Shown piece by piece: positions 7,376 to 14,741 of a stretch of DNA of 15,315 nt. The notes below the pieces were generated by a model, which searched no databases, had not been told where the DNA came from, and saw only the letters and a program-made list of their open reading frames with translations. The number at the start of each line of letters is the position of its first letter. Position 1 is the first letter of the stretch. Both the position numbers and the translations under genes were made by a program. The stretch is taken from the NCBI GenBank assembly GCA_038999435.1, contig JAVZYR010000015.1, positions 1 to 15,315 on the forward strand, read 5' to 3'. This DNA comes from Candidatus Aenigmatarchaeota archaeon. Lineage in GTDB: Archaea; Aenigmatarchaeota; Aenigmatarchaeia; QMZP01.

Positions 7376-8425
7376 ATGCCCGCGATGTCCTCTTTGATAC
7401 AGGACACATTTGAGGGATTTGAGGCAAAACAGGCAAGGATTGTCGTGCTAGGCGCTGGTGGTGCAGGCAACAACTGTATAACAACACTTACAGAGATGGG
7501 TATAGCAGGTGCAGCAACCGTGGCAGTAAATACAGATGCAAAGCATCTTGCAATATCAAAGGCAGATGCAAAGATTTTGATAGGTAAGGAGCTTACACGT
7601 GGACTCGGTGCTGGTGGTTGGCCACAAATTGGTGCAAAGGCAGCAGAGGAATCAGCAACAGAACTGAGAAGGGTTCTTGAGGGTTGCGATATGCTCTTCT
7701 TAACATGTGGTCTCGGTGGTGGTACAGGAACTGGCTCTGCGCCTGTCATTGCAAGGATGGCAAAGGAGATGGGTGCAATAGTAATAGGCTGCACAACAAT
7801 GCCATTCAAGATAGAGGGTGCAAGGATAATGAAAGCAGAAGATGGCCTTTCAGCACTGAGGCAGGCATGCGATACAGTCATCGTTATTGAAAATGACAGA
7901 CTTCTTCAGGTCGCAGGCTCACTTCCACTACAACAGGCATTTGCAGTCGCAGACAATCTCATAGCAACAATCATTAAGGGTATAACAGAGACTATATCAC
8001 AGCCATCACTTGTCAATCTCGACTATGCAGATGTAAAGACAATCATGCACTCAGGCGGTGTTGCTGCTGTGGGTGTGGGTGAATCAGATACAAGAAATAG
8101 GGCAGAGGAGGCTGTGATAAAAGCAATGACAAACCCATTGCTTGAGGTTGACTATGAAGGTGGGACAGGTGCATTGATACACGTCACAGGTGGACCTGAC
8201 CTAAAACTCGATGAAGTCAATCTCGTTGGACAGTATGTCTCAAAGCAGCTTGACCCAAGCGCAATGGTTATATGGGGAGCCCGTATAGAACCAGAATTCA
8301 AGGGCAAAATGCGAGTGATAACCATCGTAACAGGCGTCAAATCGCCATATCTGCTTGGTCCTGCAGAGAGCAAAAAAGTGGAAAAGAGTGTAAGCAACGA
8401 ACTAGGGATAAAGGTCTTGCTATAA
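7376..8425 (+). CDS. ftsZ: Cell division protein FtsZ (archaeal FtsZ2-like)
   Basis: GAGGAGNN, NTDAKHL, GLGAGG, GGGTGTG tubulin signature, T7 loop NLDYADV, WGARI, and C-terminal ELGI motif. Confidence 0.98.
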   Translation: MPAMSSLIQDTFEGFEAKQARIVVLGAGGAGNNCITTLTEMGIAGAATVAVNTDAKHLAISKADAKILIGKELTRGLGAGGWPQIGAKAAEESATELRRVLEGCDMLFLTCGLGGGTGTGSAPVIARMAKEMGAIVIGCTTMPFKIEGARIMKAEDGLSALRQACDTVIVIENDRLLQVAGSLPLQQAFAVADNLIATIIKGITETISQPSLVNLDYADVKTIMHSGGVAAVGVGESDTRNRAEEAVIKAMTNPLLEVDYEGGTGALIHVTGGPDLKLDEVNLVGQYVSKQLDPSAMVIWGARIEPEFKGKMRVITIVTGVKSPYLLGPAESKKVEKSVSNELGIKVLL

Positions 8426-8429
8426 GCTG

Positions 8430-8477
8430 TCTCTTATCCCTTTTTTCCTTTTTATTTTTCTTTTTCCTTTTCTATTT
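8430..8477 (+). terminator. Oligo-T/pyrimidine-rich archaeal terminator after ftsZ
   Basis: Consecutive T4-T6 tracts immediately after the stop codon. Confidence 0.6.
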
Positions 8478-8819
8478 ATGAGATGGTTTTTGTCATCAAA
8501 GATACACAAGGCAAGGGTAACCTCTGCTGACATAAATTATATAGGTAGTATAACTGTTGATAGACTTTTGATGGAAAAGGCAGGATTTCAAGCAGTGGAA
8601 AAGGTTTTAGTTGTTGATAATGATAATGGTGAAAGGGTTGAAACCTACATCATACCAGGCAAGACAGGGAGCGGGGTCATAAAAATAAATGGTGGGGCAG
8701 CCAGGCTTATCAAGAAAGGGCATGAAATTATCATAATGGGATTTCAGTTATCAAAAAAGCCCATAAAAGCAAAAATCGTACTTGTAGATAAAAGGAATAG
8801 GTTTGTGAGATATCTATGA
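8478..8819 (+). CDS. panD: Pyruvoyl-dependent aspartate 1-decarboxylase
   Basis: KIHKARVT, YIGSITVD with the Gly-Ser self-cleavage site, NGERVETY, INGGAARL. Confidence 0.93.
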   Translation: MRWFLSSKIHKARVTSADINYIGSITVDRLLMEKAGFQAVEKVLVVDNDNGERVETYIIPGKTGSGVIKINGGAARLIKKGHEIIIMGFQLSKKPIKAKIVLVDKRNRFVRYL

Positions 8820-9436
8820 AAATAGATGAGGAAAAGGCATTTGCGCTGTTAAAAAAATACTCAATACCTATACCTCGACAGATATTCACTTTGGATATAA
8901 AAAGGGCAATTGATTTTGCTAAGGATGTTGGTTTTCCTGTCTACATAAAACTTTGCTCACCTGAAATTATACACAAAACAGAAGCAGGAGCAGTTAAAAG
9001 GATAGAAAATATCCACATGCTTGAAAAGGAATTCAAAAAAATGAAGGATACGAGGTTTAAGAAAAAATCCATACTTATTCAGGAAAGGATTGAAGGTGTG
9101 GAGCTTCTTGCAGGTGCAAAGCTTGATCCGCAATTCGGGCATGTGTTGATTTTTGGGCTTGGTGGTATATGGGTTGAGATTCTGCACGATATAAGTATGC
9201 GCATTGTACCTATAAACAGGACTGATGCACGGCAAATGATAGAGGAGACAAAATGTTCAAGGCTGCTGAAAGGTTTTAGAGGGATCCCTGCAACAAGGAT
9301 TGATAAGGTTGAACAATGTCTACTTAACCTGTCAAGGCTTTTAGAAAATAATCCTGATATAAAAGAGATGGACATAAATCCACTTTTTGCAAATAGAAAA
9401 GGTGTGTGGGCTGCTGATGTGAGAATAATTGCTTAA
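8816..9436 (+). CDS. ADP-forming acetate/acyl-CoA ligase beta subunit (ATP-grasp)
   Basis: GFPVYIK, IIHKTEAGAV, DPQFG, FGLGGIWVE, LKGFRG, EMDINPL and DVRI motifs; ATGA overlap with panD. Confidence 0.9.
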   Translation: MKIDEEKAFALLKKYSIPIPRQIFTLDIKRAIDFAKDVGFPVYIKLCSPEIIHKTEAGAVKRIENIHMLEKEFKKMKDTRFKKKSILIQERIEGVELLAGAKLDPQFGHVLIFGLGGIWVEILHDISMRIVPINRTDARQMIEETKCSRLLKGFRGIPATRIDKVEQCLLNLSRLLENNPDIKEMDINPLFANRKGVWAADVRIIA

Positions 9437-9444
9437 TTTAAATA
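9437..9444 (+). promoter_or_regulatory. TATA box for apparently leaderless rpl34e-rpl14e
   Basis: TTTAAATA about 20-27 nt upstream of ATG 9464, with no SD site. Confidence 0.55.
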
Positions 9445-9463
9445 TCAAAGACAAAAAAGACTT

Positions 9464-9733
9464 ATGCCAAGACCAGCCTTGAGATCGAGTAAGATGAGAT
9501 GGAAAAAGGTTAAAAAGCCCAGTGGAGAGATTAAGATAGTATACAAAAGGCCAAGACCTGCAAAACCAAAATGTGCAAAATGTAAAGGGTATCTGGCTGG
9601 TGTACCGATTACAAGAAGGCCTGGCCTTCTAAACAAGTCAAAAAGAAGGCCTGAAAGGACATATGGAGGCTATCTTTGTCCAAAATGCCTCAAAATAGAA
9701 CTAAAAGAAAAAATATATAAATTGGCTACATAA
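9464..9733 (+). CDS. rpl34e: 50S ribosomal protein L34e
   Basis: MPRPALRS, KCAKCK, KRRPERTYGGYLCPKC. Confidence 0.96.
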   Translation: MPRPALRSSKMRWKKVKKPSGEIKIVYKRPRPAKPKCAKCKGYLAGVPITRRPGLLNKSKRRPERTYGGYLCPKCLKIELKEKIYKLAT

Positions 9734-9743
9734 TTCATAAGAT

Positions 9744-10127
9744 ATGTTAGAGGTTGGAAAGGTTTGCATCAAAACTGCAGGAAGAGAAGCTGGAAAATAT
9801 TGTGTTGTACTAAAGAAGATAGATGACAATTTTGTGCTTATAACAGGTCCGCGTTCCCTTACAAAAGTGAAGAGAAGAAAATGCAACATTCAACACCTTG
9901 AGCCACTTGATTATAAGCTTGACATAAAGGCAGATGCAAGTGATGAAGAGGTTGCAAAAGCATTTGAAAAGGAAGGGCTAATTGAAAAACTTAAGATTGA
10001 AAAACCAAAAGGAGAAAAAGAGGTAAAAGCAGAAGAAAAGGCTGAAAAAAAGGTAAAAGAGGTAAAAGAAAGGAAGGCTGAAAAGCCAAAAGAAAGCAAA
10101 ACAAAAGAAAAGAAAGCAAAGTCCTAA
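9744..10127 (+). CDS. rpl14e: 50S ribosomal protein L14e with K/E-rich C-terminal tail
   Basis: EVGKVCIKTAGREAGKYCVV, GPRSLTKVKRRKCNIQHLEP. Confidence 0.96.
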   Translation: MLEVGKVCIKTAGREAGKYCVVLKKIDDNFVLITGPRSLTKVKRRKCNIQHLEPLDYKLDIKADASDEEVAKAFEKEGLIEKLKIEKPKGEKEVKAEEKAEKKVKEVKERKAEKPKESKTKEKKAKS

Positions 10128-10381
10128 AGTGACCTGCTAACAATCAGCGTTTGAACATCCTTTACACCTTTCATCCTTCTTATCTGTTCCTCAAGCCTGT
10201 CTATCTCTCCTTCTTCATCCGGTATGATTTTTGTAAACTTTATCGATTTTAGGCCAAATGCTATGGGCTCCTCTTCTATCCGTTGTGGCTTAAGCTTTTC
10301 AAGGGCTGTCTTAAGCTGAGCAAAATCAGAATCCTTTACAACCTTAGGAAGTATCCTTAGAACAACAATCACATCACCCAT
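10124..10381 (-). CDS. ef1b: Elongation factor aEF-1 beta
   Basis: MGDVIVVLRILP, EEEPIAFGLK; lies directly downstream of the DUF1610 gene as is usual in archaea. Confidence 0.93.
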   Translation of the reverse strand: MGDVIVVLRILPKVVKDSDFAQLKTALEKLKPQRIEEEPIAFGLKSIKFTKIIPDEEGEIDRLEEQIRRMKGVKDVQTLIVSRSL

Positions 10382-10382
10382 A

Positions 10383-10541
10383 TCAAGGACCTCTAAAGCC
10401 GCATTTTGGACAGGTATACTGGTTCACAATCCTCTTACACTTCTCACATCTAAGTATTTTTTCCTTTCCACATTGCGGGCATGGAAATTCTACCCATCCA
10501 CTTTCTGTCACAACATTTTTTCCACAGGATATGCAGTGCAT
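10383..10541 (-). CDS. 52-aa DUF1610/HVO_2753-like zinc-ribbon protein (not in ORF track)
   Basis: Hand translation: MHCISCGKNVVTESGWVEFPCPQCGKEKILRCEKCKRIVNQYTCPKCGFRGP*. Four CxxC pairs, the conserved CPKCGFxGP end, and a TTTAAATA box upstream at 10560-10567. Confidence 0.92.
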   Translation of the reverse strand: MHCISCGKNVVTESGWVEFPCPQCGKEKILRCEKCKRIVNQYTCPKCGFRGP

Positions 10542-10569
10542 AATAAATTCTGTTAAGGATATTTAAATT

Positions 10570-11301
10570 TCAAATTGGAGATTTTCTATATTTTTTGGAT
10601 TTATTTATCATTTTTTTACAATTTTTATCCCATCCACTGCGAGGCTTGTATAAAAATACAAATTGCCCATTTTCATATTTTTTAAGAAAAATACGTTTTT
10701 GGCTCATAAAAGAATATCCTGTAAAATCATGATGACAGCCTAAATTATGGCCAAGCTCGTGGGTTAGGATATCCGATGTTTCTGTAATTTCACCATAAGT
10801 ATCATAAACAATCGCACTGTTACCTGGTCTATATGCCTTGCCTCTCACATCACCTTTTTGTGCTGAGAACAAAACCTTGAATTCATAGTCATTTGCATTT
10901 AAGTGTGATATAATCTTTAGCAGGTCACTTGAATTATATGTGTCAGGTGATTTGATAAAGACTGGTTTGTCAGCTTCAAATTCTATTCCTAATTCACTAA
11001 AATTTCTTGATGCCTTTTCAATTATTTTCTCCAACCTTTCATCCCATGGCATTCTGTTTTGTTCTTTTGAATGAAAACTTACATACTCTTCATCCAAAAT
11101 TGGTTTTATTTTAAATTTTACAGTATAATCATTTTCACTTTGTTTGTTAAATGGATGTTTGCTCTTTTTGCTATACTGAATGAAAATATTGTTTTCTATC
11201 GCATTTTCTATATGTATGTTAAAATGATTTGTAGGATATAAAATAACCAAAATTGGTATCATTGTACCCAGAATCTTTTTGTATTTTGAATTCCATGTCA
11301 T
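10570..11301 (-). CDS. Membrane-anchored or secreted metzincin zinc metalloprotease (reprolysin/M12B-like)
   Basis: HELGHNLGCHHD zinc motif, a likely Met-turn (SFMS), and an N-terminal hydrophobic segment. Confidence 0.8.
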   Translation of the reverse strand: MTWNSKYKKILGTMIPILVILYPTNHFNIHIENAIENNIFIQYSKKSKHPFNKQSENDYTVKFKIKPILDEEYVSFHSKEQNRMPWDERLEKIIEKASRNFSELGIEFEADKPVFIKSPDTYNSSDLLKIISHLNANDYEFKVLFSAQKGDVRGKAYRPGNSAIVYDTYGEITETSDILTHELGHNLGCHHDFTGYSFMSQKRIFLKKYENGQFVFLYKPRSGWDKNCKKMINKSKKYRKSPI

Positions 11302-11331
11302 CTTATATCAATGGAGCGAAAAAAATTTAAA

Positions 11332-11922
11332 TTATTCCCATACAAAGTCTATCCTTGGCCTTTTTCTCTGCTCCCTTTTCCAAAAGAACATGTATGCCAA
11401 GCCTGCTATAATGCCACCTAAATGACCCCAATTTGCAATACCCGGCTCAAGGCCGAATACACCAAATACAAACTCAAGAAAGGCAAATATTGCAACTGCA
11501 AGGATTGCTGGCATGGGTATGCCTGGAAACATAAATATGATAGATCTTGGAAACATTATGGCATAAGCAGTTATAATACCAAAAACAGCACCCGAAGCAC
11601 CGAGCATACTCACATCCATAACCCCAGTTAATAAAAGATGAAGAATGGCAGAACCAATGCCAGATATGAAATAGAGTAAAAGATATTGCCTCGTGCCAAG
11701 GATCCTTTCTACCATAAAACCGAATATCATGAGCACAAACATGTTTATGAATATGTGTGTGACATTGCCATGCAAAAACATGTATGTAAATATCTGCCAC
11801 CATGCACCAGACATCAGTTTTATTGGGTTAAGCGCAAAGGTTTCTGTAAATTGCTCGCCAAGTGCAACCTGGAGTACAAACACGGCAAAACATATAACAA
11901 CAATTGCAAATGTAACTTTCAT
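11332..11922 (-). CDS. Rhomboid intramembrane serine protease
   Basis: WQIFTYMFLHG, HIFINM, GASG catalytic Ser and GHLGG catalytic His. Confidence 0.95.
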   Translation of the reverse strand: MKVTFAIVVICFAVFVLQVALGEQFTETFALNPIKLMSGAWWQIFTYMFLHGNVTHIFINMFVLMIFGFMVERILGTRQYLLLYFISGIGSAILHLLLTGVMDVSMLGASGAVFGIITAYAIMFPRSIIFMFPGIPMPAILAVAIFAFLEFVFGVFGLEPGIANWGHLGGIIAGLAYMFFWKREQRKRPRIDFVWE

Positions 11923-11947
11923 AAATACAATTGGTTGTTTAAATAAA

Positions 11948-13066
11948 TTATGCTATGATATCAAAGCCCTGCCTTCCTTGTTTTATTCTTTCTGCAATCT
12001 CTTTTATCATCTCTAATGTTATATCCTGCCCACCAAGGCCTGTAGCAAATCCTGATATATTTATATCAAAGCCATGTAATGCTGAAGATACTTCATTGTA
12101 AATAGGGCCACCTGCACCAAATGATACTGCCTTCTCAAGTACACCAACTGCCCTTAGGCCCTTGCAGGCCTTTCTCATCTCTTCTACGGGAAATGGCCTA
12201 AAACATCTCAATTTTATTAGACCTATGCCAATCTCATCAAGGCATGCCCTCACAGTCCCTGTCACAGAGCCTGCTGTGATGAGCGCGCAATCATTACCAT
12301 CGTTTTCCACCTCGATAAGACCATTACCATAACAGCGGCCAAAATTAGAATGGAATGCCCTGTTTGTATCTTTTATGACAGTCTCAGCCTGCTTCATTGC
12401 TTCATTTTGCTGTTTTTTGAAATGGACATACCATTCAGGTGTTGCAAGACAGCCCAATGTGACCGGTTTTGCAGGATTTAGGCATACCTCAGGCCGATAT
12501 TCTTTTAGAAAGGGCTTTAGGCTATCTATCATCTGCACGGGCTCGTAGGTATGTGACAAAACATAGCCATCTATGCATACCATTACAGGCAGATTGACTT
12601 TTTCTGCAATCTGCCATGCCTGTATTTGGCTATCATACGCCTCCTGTGCATTCTCTGCGTATATCTGAATCCATCCTGCATCCCTGAATGCTAAGCTGTC
12701 TGACTGGTCATTCCATATATTTAATGGTGCAGAAAGTGCGCGATTTGCAACAGTCATAACAATTGGTAGCCTCATGCCTGATGCAACCCACAGAAGTTCT
12801 GACATAAGTGCAAGACCTTGACTTGATGTGGCTGTATAACTTCTCACACCTGTTGCCTGTGCACCTATGCATGCAGCCATGGCTGAATGTTCTGATTCAA
12901 CTGTAATAAATTCTGAATCAAGCATGCCATCAGCAACAAACCTTGCAAGTGCTTCTACTATACCGGTCTGTGGTGTTATAGGATAGGCTGCAATTACGCC
13001 TGGCCTAACAAGCCTAACAGCCTCTGCAATTGCCTGTGCCCCTGATATCACTTTACTTTCAACCAT
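11948..13066 (-). CDS. porA: Pyruvate/2-oxoacid:ferredoxin oxidoreductase alpha subunit
   Basis: AYPITPQT, VESEHSA, TATSSQGL, NRALSAP, GLGG. Substrate specificity cannot be determined from sequence alone. Confidence 0.93.
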   Translation of the reverse strand: MVESKVISGAQAIAEAVRLVRPGVIAAYPITPQTGIVEALARFVADGMLDSEFITVESEHSAMAACIGAQATGVRSYTATSSQGLALMSELLWVASGMRLPIVMTVANRALSAPLNIWNDQSDSLAFRDAGWIQIYAENAQEAYDSQIQAWQIAEKVNLPVMVCIDGYVLSHTYEPVQMIDSLKPFLKEYRPEVCLNPAKPVTLGCLATPEWYVHFKKQQNEAMKQAETVIKDTNRAFHSNFGRCYGNGLIEVENDGNDCALITAGSVTGTVRACLDEIGIGLIKLRCFRPFPVEEMRKACKGLRAVGVLEKAVSFGAGGPIYNEVSSALHGFDINISGFATGLGGQDITLEMIKEIAERIKQGRQGFDIIA

Positions 13067-13335
13067 GCCTCAAACTCCTTATAACTTCTTGCATTGAATG
13101 TGAGGATTGCAGGAAGTTCATATGGATGTATCTCTCTTATCCTTTTGATAACATGCTTTGGCTTTCCTGTCTTGATGAACATTGCAATCTCATGGCCCTC
13201 TTCTATTTTTCCTTTCCATCGATAGATTGATTTTATGGCAAACATGTTTATGCATGCTGCCAATCCTTCGTTGACTAACATTTTTGCCATCCTATTAGCA
13301 TCTCTTCTTTTTGCAGTTGTATAGACCAATTTCAT
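13048..13335 (-). CDS. cutA: Divalent-cation tolerance protein CutA
   Basis: LAACIN, SIYRWKGKI, HPYELP. Start re-placed at 13335 (ATGA overlap with the delta-subunit stop). Confidence 0.93.
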   Translation of the reverse strand: MKLVYTTAKRRDANRMAKMLVNEGLAACINMFAIKSIYRWKGKIEEGHEIAMFIKTGKPKHVIKRIREIHPYELPAILTFNARSYKEFEAWLKVK

Positions 13336-13577
13336 TTCTCCATTGTTATTGCCTTTTGAGGACATGCCTGAGCACATATCCCACAGCCCTTGCAATAGTC
13401 ATAATCAATCTTTGCCCTTTCCTTTATAGTTATTGCACAATCAGGGCAGTACCATGTACAGATTCCACATTTTATGCATTTTTCGGATATAACGGGTTTT
13501 ATAATCCTCCAATTACCTGTTTTATTCTCTTTTGAACTGGCTGCAGGGGCCCAGCAACCTTCACGCAGCTCTTTCAT
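13332..13577 (-). CDS. porD: 2-oxoacid:ferredoxin oxidoreductase delta subunit
   Basis: KTGNWR, CIKCGICTWYCP, DYDYCKGCGICAQACP. ATG at 13577 is preceded by GTGAGG. Confidence 0.93.
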   Translation of the reverse strand: MKELREGCWAPAASSKENKTGNWRIIKPVISEKCIKCGICTWYCPDCAITIKERAKIDYDYCKGCGICAQACPQKAITMEK

Positions 13578-14064
13578 ATGCCTCACTCACAAGCCTTTTG
13601 TTAAGCTCAAGCAACTTTCCGCTGAATATATCTTCAAGAGATTTGAGTAAAGAATCGAGCTTGACAAGCTTAGAAACATGTGCAAAAAAACCTAGCATGG
13701 CTGTATTAACAATTGGTTTTCCAAGTATATCAAGCGCGACAGCCGTTGCATCGAATGAGGAGCAATTAGGATAGTCCTTTTTGCTATTTATCACAACCTT
13801 TGCCCCATCAATCTTTACTACCCCGCTCTCAATTAGGCTTTCATCGAGCACAACAGCCCAATCTGGTTTATAGACCTGAGTTCGCTGTGTTATCGGTTTT
13901 TTATCAATCCTGCAGAATGCACGCACAGGTGCACCTCTTCTCTCAACACCAAATGCAGGAAATGCCTGAACCCATTTGCCCTCAAGGCCAGCTGCCTTTG
14001 CCAACATAATAGCAAATGTCACAGCACCTTGCCCACCCCTGCCATGTACAACAATCTCAATCAT
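13561..14064 (-). CDS. porG: 2-oxoacid:ferredoxin oxidoreductase gamma subunit
   Basis: HGRGGQGAVT, FGVERRGAPV, NTAMLG. Confidence 0.94.
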   Translation of the reverse strand: MIEIVVHGRGGQGAVTFAIMLAKAAGLEGKWVQAFPAFGVERRGAPVRAFCRIDKKPITQRTQVYKPDWAVVLDESLIESGVVKIDGAKVVINSKKDYPNCSSFDATAVALDILGKPIVNTAMLGFFAHVSKLVKLDSLLKSLEDIFSGKLLELNKRLVSEAYERAA

Positions 14065-14148
14065 ATAAGCACATTGGCTTTAATAAACATTTAAATATTC
14101 AAATTCAAGTTCGACAATCTGCAAACTAAATTTAATTAATGGCAAAAC

Positions 14149-14156
14149 TTTATAAA
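14149..14156 (+). promoter_or_regulatory. BRE/TATA box for the downstream orphan ORF
   Basis: CAAAAC-TTTATAAA located 24-31 nt upstream of GTG 14180. Confidence 0.55.
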
Positions 14157-14179
14157 TACATAAATTTAACTATATATTA

Positions 14180-14425
14180 GTGGTTAATATGGCAGAAGTA
14201 TGTCCAGAAAGGATTGAAGAATACGAGTGCAGAGAGGATTTTTTGAAAAGCGTGACTGATGAGTATCTAAAAAGATACCCGCCATTGCTTCATGATAATA
14301 TAATTGCATGGGCAAATGAATTCTATGATGAAAATTATGGCCTGTACGACAATGGCAGCTTTGAAAAGGCAATAAAGAAATATGTACAATTTATGATTTT
14401 TGAAGAAAGAGAAAGATGGCCTTAA
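14180..14425 (+). CDS. Small acidic hypothetical protein
   Basis: 81-aa ORF (alternative ATG at 14189) with a good upstream TATA box; no recognised family. Confidence 0.6.
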   Translation: MVNMAEVCPERIEEYECREDFLKSVTDEYLKRYPPLLHDNIIAWANEFYDENYGLYDNGSFEKAIKKYVQFMIFEERERWP

Positions 14426-14625
14426 ATCCTTATTTTGTATCCATTTTTGTTTAGTTCTTCAATGAAATCTTCAGCAGGTTTTATATCCTCGGTTCTGAAT
14501 ATTAAACCAAAAGATGTTTTTGCACAGAGTTTATAGTTCCATCTTTTGATCATCTCTTCTATATTTTTCTGATCTTTCTCAGATAAAATGTCTCCATTGT
14601 TATTGTAAACTAAATAAAGTGGCAT
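14422..14625 (-). CDS. Small hypothetical protein
   Basis: 67 aa from ATG 14625 (MPLYLVYNN...), with TTTAAAT about 25 nt upstream; convergent 4-nt overlap with the previous ORF. Confidence 0.55.
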   Translation of the reverse strand: MPLYLVYNNNGDILSEKDQKNIEEMIKRWNYKLCAKTSFGLIFRTEDIKPAEDFIEELNKNGYKIRI

Positions 14626-14741
14626 AAAAATAATAAGTTGCAAAAATTTAAATTTTAGTCAAAAGCATTTAATCTATCCAAATTCATATCCTCATCTGCT
14701 CCTTCGATGATAATATCCTGATACAAACTAAAGCTTGAATT

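Noticed and set aside
7228..7881. 217-aa minus-strand ORF, and similar long antisense ORFs (4968-5555, 1816-2256, 3236-3643, 1284-1649)
   Set aside because: These are shadows of well-supported genes on the opposite strand and have no recognisable motifs.
9990..10124. Purine-rich repeats as a tandem or CRISPR-like array
   Set aside because: Explained by Lys/Glu codons of the L14e tail; no repeat-spacer periodicity.
13336..13395. N-terminal extensions in the ORF track (cutA from 13395; also 4053, 3497 and 13586 starts)
   Set aside because: They run deep into upstream genes; downstream ATGs with ATGA overlaps or SD sites fit the family N-termini better.
14097..14120. ATTCAA-ATTCAA-GTTCGA short repeat or tRNA T-loop-like att site
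   Set aside because: Too short, with no cloverleaf, no matching second copy and no integrase.
14655..14741. Open frame continuing past the nfo TAA stop (possible readthrough)
   Set aside because: The Nfo domain is already complete, the stop is TAA, and a short open stretch is expected by chance.
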